From positions 18,746,189-18,810,188 of the forward strand of contig NC_069006.1 of assembly GCF_001194135.2 (NCBI RefSeq): a stretch of DNA of 64,000 nucleotides, read 5' to 3'. The DNA is from Octopus bimaculoides. Lineage: Eukaryota. A model generated the notes under the pieces. The model made no database searches. It saw only the letters and a list, made by a program, of their open reading frames with translations, and was not told the origin of the DNA. This document shows positions 1-12,703 of this stretch, piece by piece (the first letter of the stretch is position 1; every line of letters starts with the position of its first letter). The translations under genes were made by a program, and so were the position numbers.

Positions 1-762
1 AAAAAAAAGACATGCAATGCAGAGTAAATATAATGAAATATCAAAATTAACAAAAAAGAAAATCGAAACTAAATTACTAAAAAAGAAGAAACATAACTAA
101 AAATAGGAAAAACAAAATAAGATCTTTCTAGAAGGATCTCTCAAACATTACTATTAAAGAAAGAATACACTTTTTAAAAGATATATGAAATGGTACCACT
201 AAACAAAAAATTAAATTTTAAAAATATTAAAAAATATATGTGGGAGGAGTGATAATATGCTTAATGCAACAAGCCACAAAAGTTTTTGCTTAATTAAAAA
301 TCAAAAAAAAAAAATAGTAGTGAAGAGAAATAAATTAAATTGTTAGCTTTAATGATTAATCCTTTCTAAGGGAGGTAACTTCAAAATTTGAATTGATTAA
401 AATTTTTTATGTAGACATAAAGTGGAGGGAGTGAGTCAGATCTTTGGTAAGTAGTATAACTCTGAATATGTTCTGATCTTTTTAGACTTCATCAGCAACA
501 AATAGTCTCACCACTATTTGCCAGATCCTGGATCAATGACAATTATCCACAAGTGTAATTTTAATAAACCAAGCATTTTATGGCTCACTGCATTAAGTAT
601 ATTAGCCTTCTACTTAACTATGTTTTTCAAGCATAATGTTGCCTAGGTAATTTGCTACCTATCTCCACCTCCAATACCACCATTCATTCCTATAAAACAA
701 AAAGTAGTTTTCTAAAATTATCTACCAAACTTGATATCACAGCACCCAATTGAAAGTATTAC

Positions 763-816
763 CTGTCTTCTCTTCTTGATTCTCTTTTGATTCTGTCTTA
801 GACTCATTGCATTCAT
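763..816 (-). CDS. Exon (54 nt, phase 1-1): DECNESKTESKENQEEKT
   Basis: acaaaaattccag| ... aagacag|gtaata. Shares the aattccag acceptor and E/K/S-rich composition of the repeat exons. In frame with copy A. Confidence 0.6.
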
Positions 817-2055
817 CTGGAATTTTTGTAACATCAAATATCAAAATGAGATAAGTGGTGGAATTTTGGTGAAGAGCATCTGAGAACATATCATTTGCCA
901 TAATGAAATTCTTGCTCCCCACCCTCCACCAATTTTCCACCACAAAATCATCAAAAACCAAGTATTCTTTCACAGAACATTGCAAATATTTTTCTCTGTG
1001 AATCAAAGAATTTTCTGCTCAATCATAGAATTTTTTAACAAAAGACACCTTTTAGGAACTGATGTCATAATTCAGCTTTTAAATATTTAAGGAATGAAGG
1101 AAAGAGCTACCTTTGGACAAGGTGTCAATCTGTCTTCGAAAGTATTCACCGAAGAATTTGTTTCTCCTTACACACTGATATATAAAGTGAAGAATCTAGA
1201 ATTATGGGGTTTGCTCAAAATACAAGGAACTATGTTGCAGTGAACTTGACCTCAAAACTCGAGTGGGTGGCCCAATAGTGTATCCACCTTGACATTTTTG
1301 CATCTACTTAAAAGCAAGTACAAGGAGTAATGAAAATGCTGCAATTAATAAGGTGAATGTGAAAAATATAAGCACATATAGAGATTCTAACATATAATAG
1401 TAAAGTGGGATAAAGGAGGAATATATAGAGAGAAAAATATGATGAAGATATCACTGTAAAGACACTAGAGGATAATAAATATAGTAATTAGTTAAAAGAC
1501 TGATGTTAATGAGTGGTAAGGGGATGTTACAGTAAGTATTATAGTGTTATATTTTGAGCTACTCAACAGGTAAACTTGAATCTATCAACCTACTGTAGCA
1601 GTGTTAAGTTTACTTATTGCTGCATGTGTGTGTGTGCATGCATGTGCATATGTGTTTGCACACACACATATATATATATATCAGTTTATATGGATTATAT
1701 AGATTGTGTCAATAGCTTGTCAGCATACAGTAGGCTAGTCTAGAACACTCAAAGGAAAAAGTAATTGACCAATAAAATTTATTAATCAATGTATGACGAT
1801 TCAGGTTGTCCTATTTTCAAATATTGGCACAATTGATTTTGATAATTGACAGTTATGTACCAGATGCAGGGATAGATTATCTTTTTATTATGATGTAATG
1901 CCAATATAGTTTGATGGATATTTCCTTCCAAACCATAAATTGAACTGAACTGTGTTTATCCATCCTTATTATACATACATACATGCATACATATATATAT
2001 ATATGAAAAGCTACTAATTATATGTATACATACACATACACACACAGATACATGT

Positions 2056-2104
<49 letters not shown>

Positions 2105-2204
2105 CTTTTGTGAGTGGAGGGGGCTTTGGAGGAGGTGACAAGGTGATGAAAATTTAGAGTGTGACAGAGAGGTAGAAATAGGTGTCTTATATAAAGTAAA
2201 GCTG

Positions 2205-2440
2205 GCTGGCCTAGTGGTTAGGGTATTGCACTCATGATTGCAAATTCATAGTTTCAATTCCCAGACCAGCCATACATTTTGTTTTTGAGCAAAACACTTC
2301 ATTTCACATTACTCCAGTCCACTCAGCAGTAAATGGGTGACCTTGGCAACAGATCTGGCATTCTATCCAGGGGAAATTCAATAGCTGCAACAATGTGAGG
2401 AGGTACAATGTGGCCAGGGGTGTGTAACAATGTCTGATAG
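2205..2440 (+). mobile_element. tRNA-derived SINE family 3
   Basis: ggctggcctagtggttagggtattgcactcatg... ttgagcaaaacacttcatttcacattactccagtccactcagc. An inverted copy lies at about 61140-61320. Confidence 0.65.
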
Positions 2441-3915
2441 TCTGGTCAAGATAGATAGACAGAGAGAGATAGAAAGGTATATATTCATATATTTATTAAT
2501 GCTTACTGTTAGAATTATTGGTATCCTGAAAACTCAGGCTAAGGATTCAATAAATCCCAAATTCTGATTAAATGTAATTTCTTTGAGCACTTTTTCTTTC
2601 TTCTTCACTTTTAAACACAAGAATTCACCAATTCATATGTTTGTGCATGTGTGTGTATGTGTATATTAGTATATATAGTCAACAGATGAGATACAGAGAT
2701 TCTCAGTATAGAAAACACTTAGTAGCACTCAAATGATTCAAACTTAGACTCCAATGTCTTTACGAGGGACCAATTCTATGAGGTAAAGAGTGGCTATAAG
2801 TGGCATCCAGGTAAGCAGATACATTTGTATATATGTATATATTAGTATATATGTGTACCACATATCTTAAGTAACCACACTATACACAGTATGTATGTAA
2901 GTATGTGTTTGTGCGTGCACGTATGTGTGTATTGAATTTCTTGCTGATACTAAATTCAAGATGGGTGTATGTTGATAATTCCAGTAAGCCATATAATGCC
3001 AACTCTAATTTACTGTTTGTAGTCACAGACAAATGTAATCAGAAGCTTCAGCTAAAACCTTCTTCACTGTTTTGCAATGCAACAGTAACTAGAATAAGTT
3101 CTAAAGAAACATATTTCCTTTATCATGGTATAGTTCTATATTCTGTTTGCAGACCAACTCTGAGGAATCAAGTTTCAGCAACTGGTGGCAGTGGTTTTAG
3201 CGTGTGAATTCTTTGCTTTTGTATATATTGGCTTTTTAATGCTGAATGTCAGTGAGGGAAGAAGTGAGCCAATGCAAGGTGCTTCATATATGTGGTTGGT
3301 CGACATTGCTAGAAATAGCCCCCCCCCATTTCTCTAGGCCTACATCCTCTGTCATCATCAACACCATTATTGTTTAATGTCCATGTTCTATGCTGGCATG
3401 AGTTGGACAGTTTGACAAGGAACTGCAGGGTCCATGGATTACATCATGCTCTTGTGTCAGCTTTGGCATAGTTTGTGTGGCTGGATGCCTTTCTTAATGC
3501 CAACCACTTTGCATAGACTTCTGAGGACTTTTCTCATGCCACCAGCACTAGTGAGGTCACCATACAGCTTGCAAGCCTATAAAACCTAATGGGAGGGGCT
3601 TTATGTTAGCAGATGAGGGTTAAAATATAAAAGTGGTGTGACAGAGAAGATTCCTGTAGGGGAACCACATGTCTACTCACATTTAAATAAGAAATTTTAA
3701 AAAATGGTTGGGTACCATTGGATAATGTAATAGTCTTTGGTCTATAAAAGATGAGATGATCATGGCTAGAATAACTTTGAATTTTGTAGGCTTTTTGGTT
3801 AGGGCTGATGTTGGGCAATACAACAACAATGTCAGTTAATGGTGGTAGGGAGCCAACAAAAGGGTCTTGTTAGGTTCTTTGGCTTGTTATTTCTAGCAGG
3901 TGAAGCAACTACACA

Positions 3916-3951
<36 letters not shown>

Positions 3952-3968
3952 TATAAATATCTATATGA

Positions 3969-4000
<32 letters not shown>

Positions 4001-4129
4001 GAATGTATATATAACACACACACACATATATATACATATGTATATATATAAATGTACATACATAATATACATGTATATATGTGTCTGTATATATGTTTAT
4101 GTATATAGATGCATGTGTATATATATGTT

Positions 4130-4176
<47 letters not shown>

Positions 4177-4812
4177 GTATGGCTGCTCCACATCAAAAGA
4201 GGTTAGCTAGGCAATAATCTTCACTGAAGTATAAATGAAAACGTCCATTAAGTTACGAAAGAATCCTCCACAAATAAACACTAAAAGAGAAAAAGTGTTT
4301 CAACAGTGTAATAAAGTTGTCATTGTAAAAACAAAGAAAAAAAACTAGAGACACAGGCTACAAAAAAAGTTACTATTTAGAGTCACAGGAATGTTAGAAT
4401 TATTCTGTAGACATCAGTTGAAACGGTAGAGAGTAAATGAGGAGAGAATATGTTATAGTAAATAAACACTGTCGAATGTTAGTTAAAAGAGACTTATTAC
4501 TATGAAATGATAAAGAGGCCACAGTCAAGTTACCAGAATGATAAGAAATAGTGACAATATGTTAGATTAACACAAGAGTAAGAGATTATAAAGATGCTAT
4601 AGAAAATATACTATAATAAGAGAAATATAGAAACTGATGTTAAAATATAGACACTAATGAGAAGGGGCAAAAGAGGTTTCTACAAATATAATTGTGTTAG
4701 TTATCATTGAAATATTACATAGGATGATCTAGTATAGATAGAGAACTAAGATAGGAAACTGGTCATCTGACATAACATCTACCAAACTACTTGGGACAGG
4801 AACTAATCTTAC

Positions 4813-4920
4813 CAATATTCTCTTTATCACCTTCACCAGATTTACTGGTTTCTGAATCCTTGTTCTTATTGACATCGTCTGTAAAATCCCCTGATTTTTC
4901 AGTTCCCTCTTTTGGTGAGT
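4813..4920 (-). CDS. Repeat exon copy A (108 nt): DSPKEGTEKSGDFTDDVNKNKDSETSKSGEGDKENI
   Basis: atcttaattccag| ... aatattg|gtaaga; phase 1-1; 6 nt (two codons) shorter than the 114-nt copies. Confidence 0.8.
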
Positions 4921-5175
4921 CTGGAATTAAGATGTTGCTATGGTTACAGAAGCACAGTCTAACTAAACAAAATGGTGTACCTAGCAAGACTGAATATTGT
5001 GTAGAAATTTTTATGGCAACAGTTTGTGGTTTAACTAGATTAGACCTGTTAACTACAATGACTACTGTGTAGATATTTCCATGGTAACAGGTTGTAGTAT
5101 AACCAGTCTTTGGATACTGATGACATACACACATGTACATATATATATGTACATACATATACATATATGTGTGCG

Positions 5176-5228
<53 letters not shown>

Positions 5229-5427
5229 GTGTGTATGTACAACGGTGAGGTATATAAGCGAAGATACTTATGTTAGAAAAATATCATGTACAAACAAATG
5301 GTAACAAAGATCTCAGTTAATATTATGTCATTGTCAAAACACAATAAAGAGAGAAATATTGACAATTATAAGGAATGCATCATTTAGAGTAATGAGAATG
5401 TTGGTGTTTTTCATTAAACATCTGTTA

Positions 5428-5660
5428 CTAACCTTTTGTTACCATATTTCTATTGAAATAAAACTGTCTTCATTTCAATTAATTTTGAAAACAATGAAGA
5501 ATTTAATAAAATAACCTGGTTATTATTAATTAAGCTGCTGTTTGGAACATAAATTAATATGAAATTTTGATGGAAAGTTTGTTTCAGATCACTTTAAAAT
5601 ATGAAGTTTGTATCAAAGAAACAGAGCTGCTTTCAGGTGGGTTGGAATGAAAGGGATTAA
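5428..5660. mobile_element. piggyBac-like MITE (degenerate)
   Basis: taaccttttgttacc ... gaaagggattaa ends. Inserted in the intron between repeat exons A and B. Confidence 0.4.
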
Positions 5661-6028
5661 AGACCAGAGGGTTAGAGTTGATGGAATATATGAATCTACC
5701 TTGGCAGCTGTCTATTTTATTAAAAGACAGCTTCTTAATGACGAAGATGCCACAATTAAATTGTTTAACTGATCAAAGATATCAACACTATGTTGTATTC
5801 ATGCAGATTCTAAAATGTTACTATGGTTCTCTAGAAAATACACTACTATCAAAGAAATGTAGAGGTTGTTAAAATGTAGACACTATTGAGTGTTTATGTT
5901 TCAATAAAGATTATTGTTATATATAATTGAAATATTAGATAGGAAGATTTCTTAAAGATAGACAGCTAAGACAGAAAGTGGGCTAACATAAGCTCTACCA
6001 AACTACTTGGGACAGGAACTAATTTTAC

Positions 6029-6139
6029 CAATATTCTCTTTATTACCTTCAGTTTTACTATTTTCTGAACAATTTTTGTTCTTATTGCCACCATCTTCTG
6101 TAAAATTCCCTGATTTATCCATTCCTTCTTTTGGTGAGT
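6029..6139 (-). CDS. Repeat exon copy B (111 nt): DSPKEGMDKSGNFTEDGGNKNKNCSENSKTEGNKENI
   Basis: gtcttaattccag| ... aatattg|gtaaaa; phase 1-1; 3 nt shorter than the 114-nt copies. Confidence 0.78.
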
Positions 6140-6890
6140 CTGGAATTAAGACAGTTTTCATGATTACAGTTAATAAGTCTAAGAAAATAATGTACCTAGT
6201 AGCAGTTGATATTGAGCAGATGCCTCAATGAAAACAGTTGATGGTCTAATCAAGTTAAACCGGTTTATTATGCTATCTACTGCATAGATTTTCCTAGAGC
6301 AAAAGCTAATCCTTCAACCTGTCTATGGAAGGTGAAAAAAATGATAACAAGGAAGAATATGCTGAGATGAAGATATCCTATGATGTATGCAAATGAAGAT
6401 GGCTCTTTGCAATTTACTGTATGCGTCAAAAAGAGCTATCCCCAAAACAGACAAAAGAAGAATTAAATTGATTAATATAAATGCCATTATAACAACACAA
6501 GCAGAATAGAAATATTGTTGGTAGCTACAAGGAAGGTACAATTGGTACTATTTAAAGTAGCAAAGAATTTTGTGGAATTCATTCAAAGGATCAAATTATA
6601 GACATCAATTCAAAAGGAAGGGACTAATGGATACTAGTAAAAGTTATAGTAAATATAAACTATAAACTGTTTACATTTATTCTATAACCAAAGGATGATA
6701 AAGATGCCATAAACAAGAAACTAACATTATAAAAAATACAAACACTAGAGAGACACTAGAATACCTAAAGAGGTTATTAGAATGAAAGAAAGAGTGAAGA
6801 TCTATAATAGATAAACATCTAAGATAGGGGAACTAGTGATCTGATACATCTACAAAACTAAAAGGGGCAGATTCTAGGTTCCAAGCTTAC

Positions 6891-7004
6891 CAATATTCTC
6901 TTTATCACCTTCACCAGTTTTATTGTTTTCTGAACAATTTTTGTCCTTATTTACGTCGTCTTCAGTAGGATTCCCTGATTTTTCAGTTACTTCTAGTGGT
7001 GAGT
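6891..7004 (-). CDS. Repeat exon copy C (114 nt): DSPLEVTEKSGNPTEDDVNKDKNCSENNKTGEGDKENI
   Basis: atcttaattccag| ... aatattg|gtaagc; phase 1-1; no stop. Confidence 0.8.
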
Positions 7005-7304
7005 CTGGAATTAAGATGTTGCTACAGTTACATTAGTAAAATCTAACTAAACATTATGATGTGCCTATTAAATGTGAATGTTGTGTAGATATATCTGTTG
7101 CAATCTAACAAGATCAGAACAGTTTACTATACTGTTGCCACCGATGTTGCTCTCATTCTTATTGCCATCAGTTTATATTTTGGTCTTCAAGCTTGTTCAG
7201 GTTGGACTACTGTATATGTACTTCTTTGGCAAGTTGATCATATAGCTAATCATTTGAGGTGAATGATATTCATACAGGTATAAATAAATATGTATGCGTG
7301 TGTG

Positions 7305-7336
<32 letters not shown>

Positions 7337-8154
7337 TATATAGATAAGGTCTCGTATAAGTAAAAAAAATACATAAGGTTACAATGAATTGTACATATAA
7401 ATCATAAAAGAGAGAGATTCAATACAATGTTAATGATACCACAGCAAAAACACAAAGAGAGGAGTATAGGCACTCAGCTATAAGGAATATACTATATATG
7501 GTAACAAGGATGGGGAAGAACTGCACTATAAAGATAAAAAGATAGACATAAGTAAAAAAAAAAGGCTAGAGTCACTAAAAGATGGTAGAAAATCATCCAG
7601 GAAAAATACACTGCAGAACATTTTTTAAAAGGTTTTGTTTTTTTTTACTAAGGAATGATGTAGATGTCAGAGTGAAAACACAAGGAGAGAAATATAAACA
7701 ATAATTACGAGGAAGGTACTATTTGGGGTGGACAAGAGTTTACTGAAATTCATTTCAATAATAAAAATATAGATATCAATTCAAAAGAGTAGAGACTAAA
7801 TTTAAATGATTGCCGAAAATGCTTTAGTATAGTCAGGGTTGTCAAGTAAAAAGACAGCTACAGAGAAGTGATAAAGATGTCACAGTCAAGTAAATAGAAT
7901 AAGAAAAAATATGAAAACATACAAGGAAATACCAAGATGCAATAGAAAATATGCTATAATCAAAGAAATGTGGAAATTGTTGAAATATAGATACTGTTGG
8001 GTGAAAAAGAAATGTTTCAGAAGTATTATTGTGTAACATATTAAAACATTATAAAGGGAAATCTAGTATAAACAGGCAACTATGATAGGGAACTGACAAT
8101 CTGACAACAACACCTACAAAACTAATGCGAGCAGGTTCTAGGTTCCAATCTTAC

Positions 8155-8268
8155 CAATTTTCTCTTTATCACTTTCACCAGATTTACTGGTTTCTGAACA
8201 ATCCTTGTTCTTATTGACATCGTCTTCTATAGAATCCCCTGATTTCTCAGTTCCCTCTTTTGGTGAGT
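8155..8268 (-). CDS. Repeat exon copy D (114 nt): DSPKEGTEKSGDSIEDDVNKNKDCSETSKSGESDKEKI
   Basis: atctaaattccag| ... aaaattg|gtaaga; phase 1-1; no stop. Confidence 0.8.
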
Positions 8269-9229
8269 CTGGAATTTAGATGTTGGCTATGGTTACAGAA
8301 TCAAAGTCTAACTGAACAAAATGGTGTACCTAGCAAGATTGAATATTGTGTAGATATTTCTATGGCAACAGCTGGTGGTCTAACTAGATCAGACCTGTTA
8401 ACTACACTGACTACTGTGTAGATATTTCTAAACAGCTTGTTGTCTAACCATTTTAGACTAGATAAATCTACTGACAAGTGTGTAGATGATAGCATTTTCT
8501 TTGTGTGCAAAGATCATGAAGAGCAACATACCCTCAAGAGCTTATGTAAACTGATTACTGACACTGCAGGGCTTTTCTTCTTGTAGTTTTAAAATCTGAA
8601 TCAAGCCATGCAATCTGATCTTACTCTTTAGATTTTGAGGTCTGATCACAGTCGCTCAGTGGGCTAAGACAACTGCAATAACCAGCAAGCTGTAGGTCTT
8701 AAATTTGAGTGGCTTTCTCCAAGGTGAACTGCCTTATAGGGCTGGAGAACTATTCAGGTGTTCCTGGAGGTGTGTCAAAGAGGGCACTGAACTACCTGAG
8801 AGATTCTACTTCTCAATTTGTTATTGGGGTTGACTCCCCAAGCTTTTGCCTTTCCTTACATGTGTAGATAATTCCATAAAAACAGTAGAGCTTCTAACCA
8901 GTCTTGAGAGACTGTTTATGATGATATTGCTGTCAGGGCGCATATACAGCAAAGTGGTCTATAAATGAAGACATACATTAAGTTACAATGAGTCATGTAC
9001 AAACAAAAAAATGAGACAGATTCAATAGAATGTTAGAGATGCCACTGCAAAAACACAAGAAGGAGAGAAGTATAGGCACTTAGCTATAGGAAGGTACTAT
9101 TTAGGGTAATAAGGATGGTGAAAAACTGCATTATAATGATAAAAATATAAATACCATTTAAGAAGGGCAGAGAAACTAAAAGATGATAGAAAGTGTAAAC
9201 GTGGTACAAGCTGTCGTTTTTTTTTCTTT

Positions 9230-9575
9230 GGTGCAGGTGTCAATGTGTAGAAAGAAGCTTGTTTCCTAACCATGTGGTGTTGGGTCCAATCCCACTGCAT
9301 GGCACCTTGAGCAAATTTTTTCTATTACAGCCCCGGGTCAGCCAAAGCCTTGTGAGTGGATTTGATAGATGTAAACTGAGAGAATCCCCCCCACCACCAC
9401 CACCACTACTGCTTGACAACAAGTGTTGGTTTCTTTATGTCCTTCTGACTTAGCAATTCAGTAAAACAGAGACTGATCGAATAAGTATCAGGCTTAAAAA
9501 TAAGCACTTGGGTCAATTCACTTGACTAAAACATTCAAGGTGGTGCCCCAGCATGACCAAAGACTGAAACAAATA
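9230..9575 (+). mobile_element. SINE family 1 copy within the exon array
   Basis: Aligns by eye to 17621-18004. Confidence 0.8.
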
Positions 9576-11108
9576 ATAATAAAAGCCAGAAGATGGTGAT
9601 AATGTAAAAGTTTTACTGTAAAATATACAGTAAAAATATACTGTAGAATGTTTAATGAAAGATTAGTTACTAAAGGATTATGTAAATGCTATTGTGAAAA
9701 CTCAAGAAGGAAAGAAATATAGACACTAGTTACTAGGAAGGTACTACTTGGGGCTTACAAAGGTTTATTGAAATTTATCAAAATTACAAGGGTAAAAATA
9801 TAGACACCACTTCAAGAGAGTAGAGTCTAAATGATGGTAGAAAGTATCAGAGTAAAAACAGGCATACTTCATCATGTCTTTTTCAACTTTATATCATTTC
9901 TTTTTAAGAAATAAACCTTAACTTCTCTAGATTTATCTGACTTTACATTAGTCTCAGTAAACATATTTAAAAGTAGAACTTGAAGCACAAATAAAGTTAT
10001 AAATTACAGCATAAAAATTCTTTAGGACAGAAAAAGTTAAAGGCTACATGTGGGACTTAAAGCCACAGTAGATCTACAGGAGATGTAGGTTCAAATCTCA
10101 CAGGCAGCCTTTGACTTTTTCTATCCAAGAAGGATTTTCAACTCAATATTTACATGCTATTATTTATAACTTTCTGTGTGCTTTGAGATGCACTATTTCC
10201 AAAAAAACAATTATTTCACATTCTCTCAAAAGTTTATAAATTCTTAAAGATTTCAACAACATACAGCTTTTGCTGGTAAGACTAAACTTTCTAAAATGTA
10301 TAGAAAACCCCAAAGAACTGCTTTGGCCCAATGTTTGAAAAACCTGTCATGTTTACAGGAAATGACGGTTTGAGTCACATGAGCAGCCTTTAATGTCAAC
10401 AATATTTAAAAGCATAAAAATAAAAGAAAGCATCTAAAAACCAATACTGAAGTGGAATAGCAAGGAAAGTACATGTTAAAATATGTACAAACCCTTTATT
10501 AGAATAGTTTGTCATCATCATGAACATTTAACATGTGTTTTCTAGGCTGGCATGGGTTGGATGGTTTGACGGGAGCTGGCAAGCCGGAGAGCAGCACCAG
10601 GCTCCAGTTGTCTGTTTTTGCATGGTTTCTATGCCCTTCCTAATGCCAACCACTTTTCAGAGTGTACTGGATGCTTTGTACGTGGCACCAGCACAGAAGC
10701 TTTGTATGTGGCACCAACACAGGTGCTTTTTATGTGGCACTGGCAATAGATTTTTTTTTAATGATTGTTCATGTTATGTCATTTTTCCAAGTTGAGTTGC
10801 ATATCTTGGAATCAATTATTGAAATAAGATGATGTATACCTGTACTTCAAAAGAAAGTTTATTGATGGTTTTGTTAAAAGATAGCAACCCAGTGACGATA
10901 AAGATGCCAAAGTCAAATCATCATAATAATAAAAAATATCAACACTATACTAAACACACAAAGATACTAAATTATTATAAAGTGGAGAGTGTAATTACAT
11001 AACAATGAAATAGAGGGTGAAGATCTATACTGGACAGAAAACTAAAATAGGAACTGACAATCTGACAAAACATCTAGCAAACTAATAGAGGGCAAAATCT
11101 AACCTTAC

Positions 11109-11222
11109 CACTATTCTCTTTATCATTTTCACCAGTTTTACTGGTTTCTGAACAATTCTTGTTTTTATTAATGTCGTCTTCTGTAGAATCCCCTGATTTC
11201 TCAGTTACCTCTTGTTGTGGGT
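11109..11222 (-). CDS. Repeat exon copy E (114 nt): DPQQEVTEKSGDSTEDDINKNKNCSETSKTGENDKENS
   Basis: catcataatttcag| ... aatagtg|gtaagg; phase 1-1; no stop. Confidence 0.8.
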
Positions 11223-11319
11223 CTGAAATTATGATGGTTCCATAAATACAGTATCAAAATCTAACTAAACAAAATCATGTTTCTAGTTTGATATTGATTA
11301 TTATGTATATAAGTGCAGA

Positions 11320-11770
11320 TATGGCTGCAAGATTAAGAAGATTGCCTTGCTATCATGTGGTTTTGGGTTCAGTTCCATGGCGTGGCATCTTGAGTAAATG
11401 ACTTCTATTATAGCCCCAGGTTAACTAATGCCTTGTGAGTGAATTTGTTAGACAGAAACTATGTGGAAGCCCAGCATGTGTATGTAACTTTGTGTTGTGT
11501 TTGTCCCCACTCCACAAGTACTGGTATTGATTTGTTTGACTAAACTCTTCAAGGCAGTGCTCAAGCATGGCCACAGTCCAAAGACTGAAACTAGTAAGAG
11601 ATAAAAGATACATATTATACATGCTTATAAAGTTTTGTATATTTATAGTTAATATACTGAAGGCTTTGGTTCGCCTGGGGCTGTAGTAAAAGACACTTGC
11701 CCAAAATGACATGCAGTGGGACTGAAACCACAGCCTTGTGGTTAGGAAGTAAACTTCTTCTTACACAGTT
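11320..11770. mobile_element. SINE family 1: plus-strand copy followed by an inverted head fragment
   Basis: 11320-11610 is on the plus strand; 11655-11770 is the reverse complement of the head (gacacttgcccaa...gtgggactgaaacc). Confidence 0.75.
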
Positions 11771-12589
11771 TCACTGTGTATATGTATATTAGATTACAAA
11801 GGACAAATGATAAACTGGCTTTCTCATTTGTCTTTTAAAGACCTGGCCAAGTCAGCAGGAAATGATGTAAGCTTTCTGATCCAGTTGTCATAGCCAGAGA
11901 TTCAGGATATGAGGTTTGAAACCTTGATGGAGTAAGGCAGGACCTTGGTATGGTAATGTAGGATCTTGTTTGCTGGGAGAGGTTAGAGAGGTTTGTCCCA
12001 ACTGGAGTTGTCAAATGATGATGTCAATGAGTTATACACAAACCAAAAGTATAAAGAGAATTTCATCAGAATGATAAAGATATCATTGTGAAAACACAAT
12101 AAAAGAGAGAAATATAGTCATTGGTACTAGGAAGGTATTATTTATGATAACAAAATTTGGTTGTGATTTATTACAAGGATAAAAGATAGAGATGTCATTT
12201 AAAAAGTGATTAAAAGATGGAAGAAAACAGAATGGTAAATAGTCTACAAGAGGGTTATAAACATTAGATGTAATAAGACTAGTACAGGATTTTAAATATG
12301 CCACAGACAAACGACTAGAACAATAAAAATAAACTATCAAAACTAGGTAAATATAGTCACTAAAATATTACTAAGATGCTATAGAAATTACACTATGAAA
12401 AAAGGATAGAAGGATTGTTAACATATAGACACACATGAGAGGAGAAAAAGAAGTTATATTAAATATTATTGGGTTAGATATCATTGAAATATTATAGAGG
12501 AAAATCTAGTACAGATAGAGAACTAAGACAGGGAACTGGTCATCTGACATAACATCTACCAAACTACTTGGGACAGGAACTAATCTTAC

Positions 12590-12703
12590 CAATATTCTCT
12601 TTATCACCTTCACCAGATTTACTGGTTTCTGAACAATCCTTGTTCTTATTGGCCTCATCTTCTGTAGAATCCCCTGATTTCTCAGTTCCCTCTTTTGGTG
12701 AGC
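12590..12703 (-). CDS. Repeat exon copy F (114 nt): GSPKEGTEKSGDSTEDEANKNKDCSETSKSGEGDKENI
   Basis: atcttaattccag| ... aatattg|gtaaga; phase 1-1; no stop. Confidence 0.8.

Noticed and set aside
737-1006. ORF with superficial TIR-domain-like wording (SKNFIMANDMFSDALHQ..LILIF)
   Set aside because: No TIR box 1 and no paralogous exons. Only the last 54 nt sit between an acceptor and donor matching the neighbouring exons, so the rest is most simply intron read-through.
2507-2525. 19-nt segment with good minus-strand splice sites (ttttcag|...|gtaagc)
   Set aside because: Phase 1 entry gives an immediate stop and no compensating exon was found.
7140-7200. Exon-like remnant (..TDGNKNESNIG) resembling the repeat end
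   Set aside because: Upstream in-frame stop, weak donor and no acceptor.
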